A stretch of DNA of 64,000 nucleotides from an uncultured delta proteobacterium (GCA_963696385.1 CAVOKF010000005.1:1024001-1088000), one strand, 5' to 3'; shown: positions 17,264 through 28,371, numbered from the stretch's first letter. Numbers and translations: made by a program. Notes: generated by a model not told the origin, from the letters alone.

Positions 17264-18774
17264 TGCGATCCGTCTTTGGATGGCCGCGTCGCAGCGGTCT
17301 GGTTGCGGGCGGGTTGTGGATCGGGATCTACGCCAGCGCCTGCCAGATGCTATCGGGCATCGGGGCAAAACCACCGACCGTAGACGAATGCGCAACGGCC
17401 GACGAGACCGCTCAGGCGCTTCGGAAGAACGGCAACCTCCGCGCGGCCAAGCAGCAACTTGCCGTGTGCGTCAACAGCGCCTGCCCGGCGCCGGTGCGCG
17501 AAGACTGCACGGAGAGGACGACCGAAGTCGACAAGGCGATGCCGACGGTTCTCTTCGATGTCAAGGACAGCTCCGGAATCGGCGTCACCGCCGTCGGCGT
17601 CGTCATGGACGACGTGGCGCTCACCGATCACGTCGACGCTACCGCGTTTGCAGTCGACCCCGGCAAGCACCGCTTTACGTTCACGGCCGCGAACGGCGTT
17701 GCGGTCCAGAAGGAAGTCGTCGTCCGAGAGGGCGAGAAAGGCCAGTTCGTCACGGCGGCGTTCGGGCCGCGCGCGGTCGGTTCCGAGGTCGCCGCCGGGG
17801 CCGACGCGGGCGTCGCGCACGGTCCGCCGCCAATCGGTGACGACCAGAAGGCTGCCGCGCGGCTGCTCGGCACCGAGGGCGTTACGATGTCGCTCGCGGG
17901 CGATTGCGCCGGCGCCGTCGATCGGCTCGCGCGAGCGGAGGCGCTCGTGCATGCTCCCACCACGGCACTGCCGCTCGCCCGGTGCCAGCTCACCCTCGGG
18001 AAGGTGGTCGAGGCCATCGAAATCTTGAATCGCTTGGTGCACGAGGCCCTATCCCCCGACGCCCCCAAATCGTGGCTCGAAGCGCGAGCTCAGGCTCCGG
18101 CCCTGCTCGCCGCGGCTGAATTGCGCGTCGCGAAGCTTCAAATCCACGTCGAGCGAACGACCGACGCCGGGGGTGCGGGAAGCGACATCCAGCTTGCGGT
18201 CGACGGCGAGTCCGTCCCGTCAATCCTGATCGACCACGACCGGCCGACCAACCCCGGTCCGCACCGCGTCACGGTGGTGGCGGCGGGCTTCGTGCCCGCC
18301 GAGGCCGACGTGACGCTGGTCGACGGGCAGTCCCAGGCCGTGTTGCTGCGCCTGGAGCCACAGCCCGCCGCGCTGGCGATCGCGGGAGCGGTCCCCGGGC
18401 CCGCCCAGCCATCGGCAGGAGCCGAGTCGGCCGCGACGCCGAACCGCCTGCCGGCCTACGTGGCGTTCGGCGCGGGCGGCGCCGCAATCGTCGTCGGAAG
18501 CGCGTACGGCGTGCTCGCCTTCCAGGCCAAATCGCACCTCAGCTCCGCGTGCAGCGACCTGGTTTGCCCGACCTCGTCGCAGGGCGACATCAACGCCTAC
18601 AAGAGCGATCCGGTCATCTCGACGGTCGCTTGGGGGGTGGGCCTCGCGGCCGCCGCGGCGGGCGTCTACTTCTGGGTCTCTGCCGGACACCCCAAGCCGC
18701 CATCGGCGGCGGGATTGGCCGTCCGCCCCGTCCTCGCGCCCGGAGCCGCAGGCCTCGTCGGGACCTTCCAATGA
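17260..18774 (+). CDS. TPR/PEGA-like domain protein with C-terminal TM segments
   Basis: ATGA overlap with the kinase; DPGKHRFTF and NPGPHRVTV PEGA-like repeats; TPR-like helices; typical myxobacterial kinase neighbour. Confidence 0.7.
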   Translation: MMRSVFGWPRRSGLVAGGLWIGIYASACQMLSGIGAKPPTVDECATADETAQALRKNGNLRAAKQQLAVCVNSACPAPVREDCTERTTEVDKAMPTVLFDVKDSSGIGVTAVGVVMDDVALTDHVDATAFAVDPGKHRFTFTAANGVAVQKEVVVREGEKGQFVTAAFGPRAVGSEVAAGADAGVAHGPPPIGDDQKAAARLLGTEGVTMSLAGDCAGAVDRLARAEALVHAPTTALPLARCQLTLGKVVEAIEILNRLVHEALSPDAPKSWLEARAQAPALLAAAELRVAKLQIHVERTTDAGGAGSDIQLAVDGESVPSILIDHDRPTNPGPHRVTVVAAGFVPAEADVTLVDGQSQAVLLRLEPQPAALAIAGAVPGPAQPSAGAESAATPNRLPAYVAFGAGGAAIVVGSAYGVLAFQAKSHLSSACSDLVCPTSSQGDINAYKSDPVISTVAWGVGLAAAAAGVYFWVSAGHPKPPSAAGLAVRPVLAPGAAGLVGTFQ

Positions 18775-19904
18775 GTGCGGTGCGATCCGGCTTCTGGGCC
18801 GTCCTGCGCGTACTCGTGCCCCTCGGGGCGCAAGGCTGCATGCTGCTCGTGGGCACCAACGACTACACGACCGACGGTGGGGCGTCGGCGATGAATGCGG
18901 GCGGGGCGTCGGCGACGAGCGCAGCGGGCACGGGGGCGTCGGCGACGAGCGCGGCCAGCACGGGGGCGTCGGCGACGAGCACGGCCAGCACGGGGGCGTC
19001 GGCGACGAGCACGGCCAGTGCTGGGGCAACCGGTGACGACGAGGGGCCGGGGATGGATGCGTCGTCGCCCCAGCCGATCACGCTGCAGGGGGCCTGCACC
19101 AATCTCGAGACCGCCCTGTGCAACAAAATCGAGAGTTGCGACCCATTTTACATCACGGAAACCTATGGAACGGTCGCTGGTTGCGTTCAGCGCAGCCTCC
19201 TCGCGTGCCCGCTCATCGCGGCCGCGCCGAGCGACATCGAGGCCTGTGCGCAGTCGACCCCAGCGGAAACCTGCGATCAGCTGTTCAGCAACAACGAACC
19301 CGCCGCGTGCAACTACGTGGGTCCGATGCCACAAGGCGGGGCGTGCAGCCAAAACGCTCAGTGCGACACGCGGACCGAGTTCTGCGAGGGGGATCCGGGC
19401 CAGACTTGCGGCGTGTGCGCGCCACGCGTCGGGGCCATGGGGGCGTGCAGCGACGACTCGGTCTGCCAGCTGGGCCTGTCCTGCGCGATACCGAGTGGTG
19501 ACACCCTCGGCACGTGCGCCGTGCCGGCGGCCGCGGGCGAGGAGTGCGACGACAACCAGCCGTGCGCAGGGACCCTCGTCTGCACGGAAAATGGCGTCTG
19601 CGGGCTGGCGCTCGAGGTCGGCGCAGCCTGCGCGAGCCAGGAGTGCGACGAGTCCCAGGGTGTCTTCTGCGATACCGAGCTCGAGGTCTGCACGCAGTAC
19701 CAGGCGGCTTCGCCCGGTGACGCGTGTGGCTTCTGCGCGGCATCCGGCTTCTGTCGAACCGACTCCGACTTGGGGACCGGAACCTGCCTCGCCGCGGCCG
19801 CCGACGGCACGGCGTGCGACGCGACCAACGGCCCCCTGTGCACGCCGCCCGCCGCGTGCACCAACGGCCTATGCGAGCTGCCGGTCGCGCAGGTCTGCAA
19901 CTGA
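18771..19904 (+). CDS. Cys-rich lipoprotein (disulfide-repeat type)
   Basis: ATGA overlap; lipobox AQG-C; repeated G..C.....C..GL.C motifs. Confidence 0.8.
   Translation: MSAVRSGFWAVLRVLVPLGAQGCMLLVGTNDYTTDGGASAMNAGGASATSAAGTGASATSAASTGASATSTASTGASATSTASAGATGDDEGPGMDASSPQPITLQGACTNLETALCNKIESCDPFYITETYGTVAGCVQRSLLACPLIAAAPSDIEACAQSTPAETCDQLFSNNEPAACNYVGPMPQGGACSQNAQCDTRTEFCEGDPGQTCGVCAPRVGAMGACSDDSVCQLGLSCAIPSGDTLGTCAVPAAAGEECDDNQPCAGTLVCTENGVCGLALEVGAACASQECDESQGVFCDTELEVCTQYQAASPGDACGFCAASGFCRTDSDLGTGTCLAAAADGTACDATNGPLCTPPAACTNGLCELPVAQVCN
18879..19022 (+). repeat. 30-bp coding repeats beginning GGGGCGTCGGCGACGAGC (GASATSxAxT), about 5 copies
   Basis: Read directly; Ser/Thr/Ala linker. 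Confidence 0.85.
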
Positions 19905-19927
19905 CGCGGGGCGATCGGAAGCTCGAG

Positions 19928-22900
19928 TTACTCCCCGGGTGCGGTCGCCGGATGGCTCGACAAGCCCGGCAGGCCGCCGTCCATCTCGGCGAGCTCACGT
20001 TGCCCCCGGTCCAGGTCGGCGCTGGAAGAGAAGCGCTTCTTGATCCACACCGTGACATCGTCGAAAAGCGAGTAGGCGACCGGCGTCGCCAACAGCGTGA
20101 GAGCGAGCGACAGCGTCTGCCCTCCCACGACGACGCCGGCGGTGGCGCGGTTCATCCCCGCGCCGATGCCGCGCGAGGTGATGAGCGGGATCATCCCCGC
20201 TACGAAGGCCAGGGTCGTCATCAGGATCGGGCGAAGTCGGTCGCGGTTGGCCTCGAGGATGGCGTCGAGCCGCGTCCTGCCCTCGGCGCGCAGATGGTTT
20301 GTGTGATCCACTTGGAGGATGGCGTTCTTCTTCACGACGCCGAAGAGCACGATGATGCCCGAGCATCGACAACAGGGACAGCTCCTGTCCGAACAGAAGC
20401 AGCGACAGCAGTGCGAAAGGCACGGTGAGGGGAAGCGACAGCATGATCGTGATCGGGTGCAGCCACGACCCGAACTGCGCCGCCAGGACGAGGTACATGA
20501 AGATGAACGAGAGGCCGACCGCCATTGCGAAGCCTTTCACGGCGCGACCGGTCTCTTTGGTCAGCCCCGCCGGCACCGCGTGGTACTCGGGAGGCAGGTG
20601 CTGGTCTCCGATGATTCGGACGAGCGCATCCGATACCTCGCTTTGGCCGACGCCGGGAGCGACATTGGCCGTGATCGTGACCTGACGCTGCCGCGCGAGC
20701 CGGTTGATCAGCGACGGACCGGTCGTGGGGACGAGCTTCACGACCGACGAGAGCGGCACGGTCTTGCCGGTCTTGGTCTGCACCGTCATGACCGAGATCC
20801 CGGCCAGATCGGCCCTGTACGCAGCGCCGGCGCGGGCGCGGATATCGTAGTCGTTGCCCCCCTCCTCGTAGGTCGAGACCTTGAGACCGCCGACCAGAAG
20901 CTCGAGTGCGTTGGCCACGTCGGCTACATCGACGCCGAGGTTGCCGGCGAGCTCGCGGTCGATCTCGACGTGCACCTCGGGGTTGCCGACGATGAGGTTG
21001 GAGTCGACGTCCACCGCCCCCTTGGCCTGCCGGAAGCGCGCCGAGGATCTGGCTCGTGTAGCGGGAAAGCTGGTTGAGGTCGGGCCCGCTCAACGTGTAC
21101 TGGACCTGAGCCTGCGACTGACCGCTCGAGATCTGCGCCGTCTGAGACACGTCGATGCGAAGGTTCTTGGGCTGCAGAGGGATGACCTCCTTGCGGACTT
21201 TGTCCATGATCGCGAACTGGTCATCGCGCCGGTTGCGCGGGTCGACGAGGTGGACGAAGATGTTGGCCAAGTTGCGGGTGACCGACGAGTCGTTGCCGAT
21301 GGTGACGAGAGTGTGGTCGACGCCTGCGATGGCGCGGATGTCGCGCGCCACACGCTCGGCCTGAAGCCGAGTCTCGGCGAGGCTCGTCCCCTCCGGCGCG
21401 CGGACGTTGACGTCGAACTCGGCCACGTCATTGGGTGGGGTGAAGCCCTTGGGCACGGCTGCGGCGAGCGGGACGCACGAACCGAGCGTCGCGCATGCCA
21501 GGACGACGACGACCCAGCGGTGCTGCATGACCCAACTCAAGACGACCATGTAGAGCGATTCGATCGGCCGATAAAAACCGTCGACGAGCCGCTCCAGCAA
21601 GGACTTGTCGGCCGACCGTCCGTCGGCCGGGGGGCCGTGGAGCCAGCGCGCCGCGAGCATCGGCGTGAGCGAGAAACTGACCAGGAGCGAGACGAGGATG
21701 GCGAAGGCCATCGTCAGGCCGAAGCTTTTCAGGAAGCGCCCGATGATCCCGCTCATGAAGGCCACAGGAAGGAACACGGCCATCAAGGACAGCGTGGTCG
21801 CAAGCACGGCGAGGCCGATGTCGCGCGTCGCGAGGACCGCAGCCACGAAGGGCTTCTGCTTCTTCTCCTCGATGAAGCGGACGATGTTCTCGAGCACGAC
21901 GATGGCGTCGTCGATGACGATGCCGACCGCCAGCGCCAACGCGAGGAGCGTGATGATGTTGAGCGTGAAGCCCATCGCCCACATCAGAGCGAAGGTGCCG
22001 ACGATGGACACGGGGATGGCCAATGCGGCGATGACCGTGCTCCGCCAGTTGCCGAGGAAGATGAGCACGATCACGGCTGCGAACAGGGCACCCAGCACGA
22101 GGTGCTCTTTGACGGCGTTGACGCTGGTGCGGATGGAGGCCGACTCGTCGCGCACCACCTTGAGCTCGGAGCCCGAGGGAAGCGACTTCTGAACCTCGGA
22201 GAGCCTCGTTTTGACCGAGTCGACGACGGCGACGGTATTCTCGCCCGACTGTTTGCGGATGGATAGAACGACGCTTTCCTTGCCGTCCTCGACGGCCGAG
22301 GTCTTGGGGTCTTCGACGCCGTCCTCCACCCGTGCCACGTCGCCGATGCGCGTCGGATGGTCCTGGCTCTCCCGGATGACGATGCGGCCGATCTTGGCCA
22401 CGTCGTCGACGCGCCCCTCGACACGCAGAGACAAGCTCTTCGGGCCGGTCTCAATCTGCCCGCCCGGAACGCTCAGGTTCTGCTGCGCGAGCGCGCGCTC
22501 CACGTCGACCGCGGTGAGTCCGGCGGCCTCGAGCTTGAGCGGGTCGAGCCAGACGTTGATTTGCCGCCTCTTGCCGCCGAGGATGTTGACTTGTCCGACG
22601 CCGTTGATGCTCTCGATTTGGCGGCGCACGCGCTTGTCGGCGAGCTCGGTCGTGTCGCGGATCGTGCCGGGGCTACTCAGCGTGACGTACAGAATGGGGG
22701 ACGCGTCGGGGTCGACTTTGGAGACGACCGGCTGGTCGATTCCCTTGGGTAGATCGGGCAGCACGTTGTTGATGTGGTCCCGCACCTCCTGCGCCGCGAC
22801 ATCGGCGTCCTTGTCGAGGTTGAACGTGATGATGACGAGAGAGACGCCCTGGCTCGAACGTGGATCGCAGCTCGTCGATGCCGCTGATCGTGTTGACCGC

Positions 22901-23110
22901 TCCTTCGATCTTGTCGGTCAGCTCCGTCTCGATCTCCTCGGGGGCCGCGCCGTTCTCGGTCGTCGTCACGACGATGGCGGGGAAATCGATCTTGGGGAAC
23001 TGGTCGACCCCGAGCGAGAAGTAGCCGAAGGCGCCGATCACGATGAACACCAGCATCAGCACCCAGGTGAAGACCGGTTGCCGGATGCACAGCGACGCGA
23101 GCCATTGCAT
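19928..23110 (-). CDS. RND (AcrB/AcrD/AcrF family) efflux permease with 3 apparent +1 frameshifts (~22857, ~21042, ~20358)
   Basis: [51 protein letters not shown]; the pieces join when one base is removed at each site. Confidence 0.9.
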
Positions 23111-23134
23111 GCTTGTTCCCTCGTAAACTGCGGG

Positions 23135-24238
23135 CTATTCGGTCTGCACCCCGTCGAGGGCGCCAGGCGGCGGAGACACGACGACGCTGTTCCCCTGTCT
23201 TCACGCCGTCGGCGATGGCCACGAGATCTCCGACGCTCGGGCCCGACCTGCACGACGCGCTCTTCGAGGTGGCCATCCACCACGGCGAACAGACTGTCGT
23301 TGTCGCCGTGGTGGACGAGCGCCTTCTCGGAGACGACCGGCAACGTCACCTCGCCCACGGGCAGCTGTGCGGTCACGAACATGCCCGGCAGAAGCGCGCG
23401 GTCGTGGTTGTCGGTCACCGCCTCGACCACGAGATCGCGCGTGGCCTCGCGGATCTCGCCGCCCATGTACTTCACCGTCGCGGTGAAGGTGCGGCCGGGC
23501 AGCGCCACCGTCTCGAACGAAACGGCGAGCCCGGCGTGCACGCTGCCGACGTTGGCCTCGGGCACGGTGAGCTCGAGGCGCAGCGGGTCGTCGACCAGGA
23601 GCGTGACGACGCGCGTATCGGCGTGCACGTAGTCGCCGACGTGGACGAACCGCTCGGCGATGACGCCGCTGAATGGGGCGCGGATGGAGGAGTCGGTGAG
23701 CGTCTGCACGGCCTGCGGCGGCACGGACGTGCGCGGCCTCTTCGCTGGCAGCCTGGGTCTCGCAGCTCGTGCTCTGCTTGTCGTACTCCTGCTGGGTGAT
23801 GGCCCCTTTGGCGAGCAGGCCCACGTAGCGCTGGCAGTCGGCCCTCAGATTCTTGAGCTGCTCGGTGGCGCTCTTCGCGTTGGCTTCCGCCTCGGCGCGC
23901 GAGAGGGCGGCCGAGCGGGCGTCGAGCTGGGCCAGGATCGCTCCATGGGCGACGTGGTCTCCCCGCTCGACGAAGGTCTTGGTCACCCGGCCGGCGGCGT
24001 TGGCGGCGAGGTCGGTGCGTTCGTTGGACGACAGCACTCCGGTCAGGCGCAGGACCTTGGGGACGGGCTGCTCGGTGACGAGCACGGTCTCCACATGGAT
24101 CTTGGCCGCGGGCAATTTGCGCTCGACGGCGGCGGCCGATCCGCTCGTGCATCCTGTGGCCCAGACGCCGCTCGCGCATCCTGTGGCCCAGACGCCGATC
24201 GTGAAGCCGTGAACGGCGAGCGAGAGCGATCGATTCAT
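23135..24238 (-). CDS. RND membrane-fusion (periplasmic adaptor) lipoprotein with apparent frameshifts (~23717, ~23240, ~23190)
   Basis: GRVTKTFVERGDHV..GAILAQLD, IRAPFSGVI, LLPGMFV; corrected C-terminus ..GDSVVVSPPPGALDGVQTE*. Confidence 0.85.
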
Positions 24239-25572
24239 GGCGTCTGCCCGACGAGCTGTCCTGCGTCCAGCCGCAGCGCCACGCGCGCGTAAGCCAGGTC
24301 CGCGTCGGCCTGAATGCGGGCCACGTCGGCGGCGAATGCATCCTGGCGCGCTTGCAATACGTCGAGCTGGGTCGCGACCCCGTTCTCGTAGCGGTCTTCT
24401 GCGAGGGAAGCGGCGAGCTTGGCGGCAGTGACCTGTGCGCGCGACGATCGCGCCGACTGGATGTCGGCGCGAATCTGCTGCCAGTCTTGGAATACCGCGT
24501 CCTCGGCGGCCTGCCGCGCGCGATCCTCGTTGGCGCGTGCGGCTGCGGCGACCGCATTCTGGGCGCGGATTTGCGCGAGGATGGTGGTATCGAGCTTCCA
24601 CGACGCGGCAACCTGCAATAAGTAGATGGCGGAGTGGCCTCCGACGAACGCGGTGGCATTGGTGAACTTCTCCTGCGCCGAGGCAAAGACCGTAGGAAGC
24701 CACCCGGTTTTCGCCGCTTGCGCACCGAGCTCGGCCTCCGCATGGGTCGCCGCCGCGCTCAGCACCGACGGCACTCCGTCCGCCATTCCCGTCCAGTTCG
24801 CGAGGGATTGCTCCTCGTGCAGATCGTCTTCGGGAAAGGAGGTTACCGGCTCTGCGACAAGCCCCGAGAGCGAGTAGAGGTCGCGCCGGGTGTTGGTCAC
24901 GGCGAGCTCGGCCGCGGTCACGCTCTGCTCGGCCTTCGCTTCGTCGGCCAGAGCGCGCTGAACGTCGAGTTCGGAGCCGGTGCCGCTCTCCTTGCGGTCG
25001 CGCGCGAGACCCACGTTGTGTTGTGTGACCTCCACGTTCCTTCGGGCCGAGAGCAGCACGGCTTCAACGCCCACCAGCGTGTAGTAGTCATGCAGCACGC
25101 TTTTTTCCACGGTGAGTTCTGAATTGGCCTCGTCGGCGCGCGCGCCGTCGAGTACTGCGCGCCCAGCGGCCCGGCGGTCCCAGTTGGCGATGTTGATGAG
25201 CGGCACAGTGAGCAGCACGTTGCCGTCAAACTGATTCTGCGGTTGGATAATCCCTCCGCCGGGCAAGGACGCTGCGGGAACGGCGGTCAAGGAGGCTGCC
25301 GGAAGGAGTGCCCCGATCGAGACGAGGTACTGGTTTCTCGTGTAGGTCGCCCCGGCGGAGACGTTGGGTAGAAGGTTGCCTGTCGAGACGTCCAATTCGG
25401 CGTCGCGCTGCGCCGTCGTTGCGTGGGCGGCGCGGTTCTGCGGGTTCCACGTCTTGGCGTGCGCGAGGAACTCCGTGACCGGCTGCAGAGCAAGTGCGGA
25501 GCGTGTCGAGAGGGTATACACCGCCGCCAGGGCCAGCCCAGCGCCGAGGTGACGAAGGAGCGAATGCGTCAT
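24235..25572 (-). CDS. TolC-family outer-membrane efflux protein
   Basis: Signal peptide; LLPNVS and WLPTV repeats; RYENGVATQLDVLQA; first gene of the RND operon. Confidence 0.9.
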   Translation of the reverse strand: MTHSLLRHLGAGLALAAVYTLSTRSALALQPVTEFLAHAKTWNPQNRAAHATTAQRDAELDVSTGNLLPNVSAGATYTRNQYLVSIGALLPAASLTAVPAASLPGGGIIQPQNQFDGNVLLTVPLINIANWDRRAAGRAVLDGARADEANSELTVEKSVLHDYYTLVGVEAVLLSARRNVEVTQHNVGLARDRKESGTGSELDVQRALADEAKAEQSVTAAELAVTNTRRDLYSLSGLVAEPVTSFPEDDLHEEQSLANWTGMADGVPSVLSAAATHAEAELGAQAAKTGWLPTVFASAQEKFTNATAFVGGHSAIYLLQVAASWKLDTTILAQIRAQNAVAAAARANEDRARQAAEDAVFQDWQQIRADIQSARSSRAQVTAAKLAASLAEDRYENGVATQLDVLQARQDAFAADVARIQADADLAYARVALRLDAGQLVGQTP

Positions 25573-25587
25573 AGCGCGGTCGGACCA

Positions 25588-25604
25588 TGCAACGAGAAGT
25601 TGCG
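25588..25604. promoter_or_regulatory. Putative TetR operator 1 (TGCAAC-GAGAA-GTTGCG)
   Basis: Inverted repeat just upstream of the tolC-like start; matches the second copy at 25710. Confidence 0.65.
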
Positions 25605-25709
25605 ATAACGACCGATGCCGGAGCGCATCGAGGCGTTGCTCTCGATTCGTGCGCCTTTAAAAAAAGGCGGACCGCTCCGCCAGCGGCGGGGTGGGGCGGC
25701 CCCGGTTCG

Positions 25710-25728
25710 CCGCAACGAGTGGTTGCGG
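25710..25728. promoter_or_regulatory. Putative TetR operator 2 (CCGCAAC-GAGTG-GTTGCGG)
   Basis: Perfect 7-bp inverted repeat upstream of the TetR start. Confidence 0.65.
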
Positions 25729-25758
25729 CAAACGCGGCACGGGCACACGTTAGAAGCC

Positions 25759-26424
25759 ATGGCCATACGGCAGAACGCGAAAAGAACGCCTCGGGGGGCG
25801 CGTACGGTCCGCACAGGGGGGCGCAGCGCGCGCATCGTCGCCGAAGTTTTGCGAGCGGCCGCCGCGGAGCTGACCCGAGTGGGCTACGCAGCCCTTCGGG
25901 TCGAGGATGTGGCACGAGCCGCCGGGGTCAATAAAACCACCGTGTACCGGCGCTGGCTCACCAAGATGCAGCTCGTGTCCGAGACGCTCGCGCGCGAACG
26001 CGAGCGCTGCGTCGTCACCCCCGATACCGGGTCGGTACGCGAGGATCTCCGAATCATGCTTTCTGCGTTCATCGAGCAGGGGCGCACGCCACTGGCGCGG
26101 GCTTGGTGGTCGGAGCTCGGCAATACCGAGGTGCGGGCGATCATGCGTGGCTTTCGCCATCATTTCGAATCCCAGTGGGCCAAGGTCATCGCCCGCGCGA
26201 TGGCCCGGGGCGAGCTGCCGGCCGATACCTCACCGCTCTTTCTGGTCGAGATCGTCGTGGCACCGGTCGCAGGGCGTCTGGTGCGCGGCGAAGAGTTGCC
26301 GACCGATGAATTCTGCATCCAAATTGTCGACCTCGTGCTGGCCGGCGTCGCTTCGCTCGCATCCTCGCGCCGCACCGCCGCACCGCCGCGCCATAGCCTC
26401 GACGATCGACCGGTGGCCCGCTAG
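25759..26424 (+). CDS. TetR/AcrR-family transcriptional regulator
   Basis: GYAALRVEDVARAAGVNKTTVYRRWLTK HTH; PDTGSVREDL; divergent from the RND operon. Confidence 0.9.
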   Translation: MAIRQNAKRTPRGARTVRTGGRSARIVAEVLRAAAAELTRVGYAALRVEDVARAAGVNKTTVYRRWLTKMQLVSETLARERERCVVTPDTGSVREDLRIMLSAFIEQGRTPLARAWWSELGNTEVRAIMRGFRHHFESQWAKVIARAMARGELPADTSPLFLVEIVVAPVAGRLVRGEELPTDEFCIQIVDLVLAGVASLASSRRTAAPPRHSLDDRPVAR

Positions 26425-26636
26425 CGGCCCCGACCGCGATGACCTGCCATGGGCGACCGCGATCCGTCGAGGATCCTTACGAGCCGCGCGGTCTCTGCTA
26501 AGCCTCAGTGTCGCGGCGGCCGAAGCGCGGACGTCCCTCGTCGATCCCGAACGAAACGCCCATCGAATCACGGGAAAGAAAGTGGGAAACGAGCGCCCCA
26601 TCCGTTCGTTGAAACCAGTGAAGAGGAGGACGACCC

Positions 26637-27152
26637 ATGAGCAAGAAGAGTGCAGCCGTCGCAGTCTACGCCACTCACGACGAAGCGGACGCGGCCATCA
26701 AGTCGCTTCAGAAATCCGGTTTCGATATGAAGAATCTCTCCATCGTGGGCAAGGACTTCCGTACGGAGGAGCACGCCGTCGGCTATTACAACACCGGCGA
26801 TCGCGTGAAGTTCTGGGGAAAGACCGGTGCCTTCTGGGGTGGCCTCGCTGGAATCCTTTTTTCATCGGCATTTCTCGTCATCCCGATTGTGGGCCACATC
26901 ATCGTCCTCGGTCCGCTGGTGAGCTCCATCATTGGCGGGTTGGAGGGTGCGGCCGTCGTCGGGACGACGAGCGCGCTTTTCGCCGCACTGACGGGGCTCG
27001 GGATTCCAAAGGATTCGGTGATCCAATACGAAAACGAAGTCAAGGCGGGGAAGTTTCTCGTTCTTGCCCAGGGTACAGAGGAAGAGGTCGCTCGAGCCAA
27101 AACCATCCTCGGTGCGTCGAGACCCGCGACACTGGCGATTCACGCGACCTGA
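26637..27152 (+). CDS. General stress protein-like membrane protein (YflT/DUF1269-like)
   Basis: RBS GGAGG; VAVYATHDEADAAIKSLQKSGFDMKNLSIVGKD; Gly-zipper TMs; LGIPKDSVIQYE. Confidence 0.75.
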   Translation: MSKKSAAVAVYATHDEADAAIKSLQKSGFDMKNLSIVGKDFRTEEHAVGYYNTGDRVKFWGKTGAFWGGLAGILFSSAFLVIPIVGHIIVLGPLVSSIIGGLEGAAVVGTTSALFAALTGLGIPKDSVIQYENEVKAGKFLVLAQGTEEEVARAKTILGASRPATLAIHAT

Positions 27153-27172
27153 ACGCTGTCACACCGGGGCCA

Positions 27173-28360
27173 TCACCGAAACGACACGCGTGTGCCTTCG
27201 TGCACCGAAGCGCCGGGGTGCATCACGACGATGACGTCGGTTTCAAGGCCGCTGACGATCTCGGTCTGCAGCAGACCGCGGTGACCCATCTGCACGTCGC
27301 GAATCACAGCGCGCCCTCGCCGCACGGTGAACGTGGCCCAGCTGGCACCTTGTCGAAAAAGAGCGCTCGCCGGCACTTGCATCACGTCCGGTTTCGACCA
27401 GACGGTGATCTCGATTTCGGCGGCGAACCCGTCGCCGAGGGCTCGCCAATCCTCTGACGGCCCCTCGGGGTCCAGAACGACATTGACCCGCTGCTCGTCG
27501 ACACCAAGGGCAGAAGTCTTGGTGAATGCCGAGGGCTCCACGCGACGCACTTTCGCCCTCAGGGGGGGCTCGCTGCCCCAATGAACGAGGCGGGCGGGCA
27601 TCCCGGGTCGAACTGCAACCGCGTCTTGCGACAGGACCTCCACGACCAGCTCCAGCGCTCGCGGATCCCCCACCTCGATGAGGGCCGTGCCCGCCTCCAC
27701 GACGCCCTCGCTCTTGTGCAACACGTGAAGCACTTGACCGTGCACCGGTGAAGTCACCTCGAACTGCTCGGAGGGGCGAGCGCCAGGCAAAAACGTTTCG
27801 ATCGCCGCCCGGGCTTGCTCGATGTCGTGTGCGGCGACTTTTTCGGAGAAACGAGCCGACGCAAGCTCTGCTTCGCGCATGCGAGCGTCGGCCGCCGCCT
27901 GATCGAGCTGCGACGCCGGCAAGGCGCCCTGCTTGGCGAGCGCCTCGACGCGGGCCAGATCGCGATGCGCCTCGTCGTCAGCCGTCTCGGCGCGGGCCAC
28001 CGTCGCGCTGGCCTGCCGTTGCGTGTCGATCGCCGAGGCGAGACGTTGCTCCGCCATTTGGCTCGATCGCGGGTCGAGCAACGGGCTCGGCAGCGGCAGC
28101 AGTCGAGCCAGCACCGTCGCCGGTTCGACTGCGTCTCCCTCGTGAAGATCGATGCGCGCGAGGGTTCCGGCGACCGGGGCCGACACGATGTAGCGTTCCC
28201 GAACCCGGGCGCGGCCTTCGTTGACGATCGTGACGTCGAGCGGTCCCCGTACAACGCGAGCCACATCGACCTGCACGGGACGCTCGCGCAAGGCGACCGA
28301 CACCCCTGCGAGCAGGGCCGCGGCCAGGAGAATGCTGACGATCCGAAATGGCCATTTCAT
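27173..28360 (-). CDS. HlyD/MacA-type periplasmic adaptor of an ABC exporter
   Basis: MKWPFRIVSILL TM; VSAPVAGTL, VTSPVHGQVL, FTKTSALGVDEQRVNV. Confidence 0.85.
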   Translation of the reverse strand: MKWPFRIVSILLAAALLAGVSVALRERPVQVDVARVVRGPLDVTIVNEGRARVRERYIVSAPVAGTLARIDLHEGDAVEPATVLARLLPLPSPLLDPRSSQMAEQRLASAIDTQRQASATVARAETADDEAHRDLARVEALAKQGALPASQLDQAAADARMREAELASARFSEKVAAHDIEQARAAIETFLPGARPSEQFEVTSPVHGQVLHVLHKSEGVVEAGTALIEVGDPRALELVVEVLSQDAVAVRPGMPARLVHWGSEPPLRAKVRRVEPSAFTKTSALGVDEQRVNVVLDPEGPSEDWRALGDGFAAEIEITVWSKPDVMQVPASALFRQGASWATFTVRRGRAVIRDVQMGHRGLLQTEIVSGLETDVIVVMHPGASVHEGTRVSFR

Positions 28361-28371
28361 CGCTGCACCCC

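Noticed and set aside
19928..24238. Programmed frameshifting or true pseudogenes in the RND genes
   Set aside because: No slippery heptamers; multiple isolated single-base insertions fit sequencing error better
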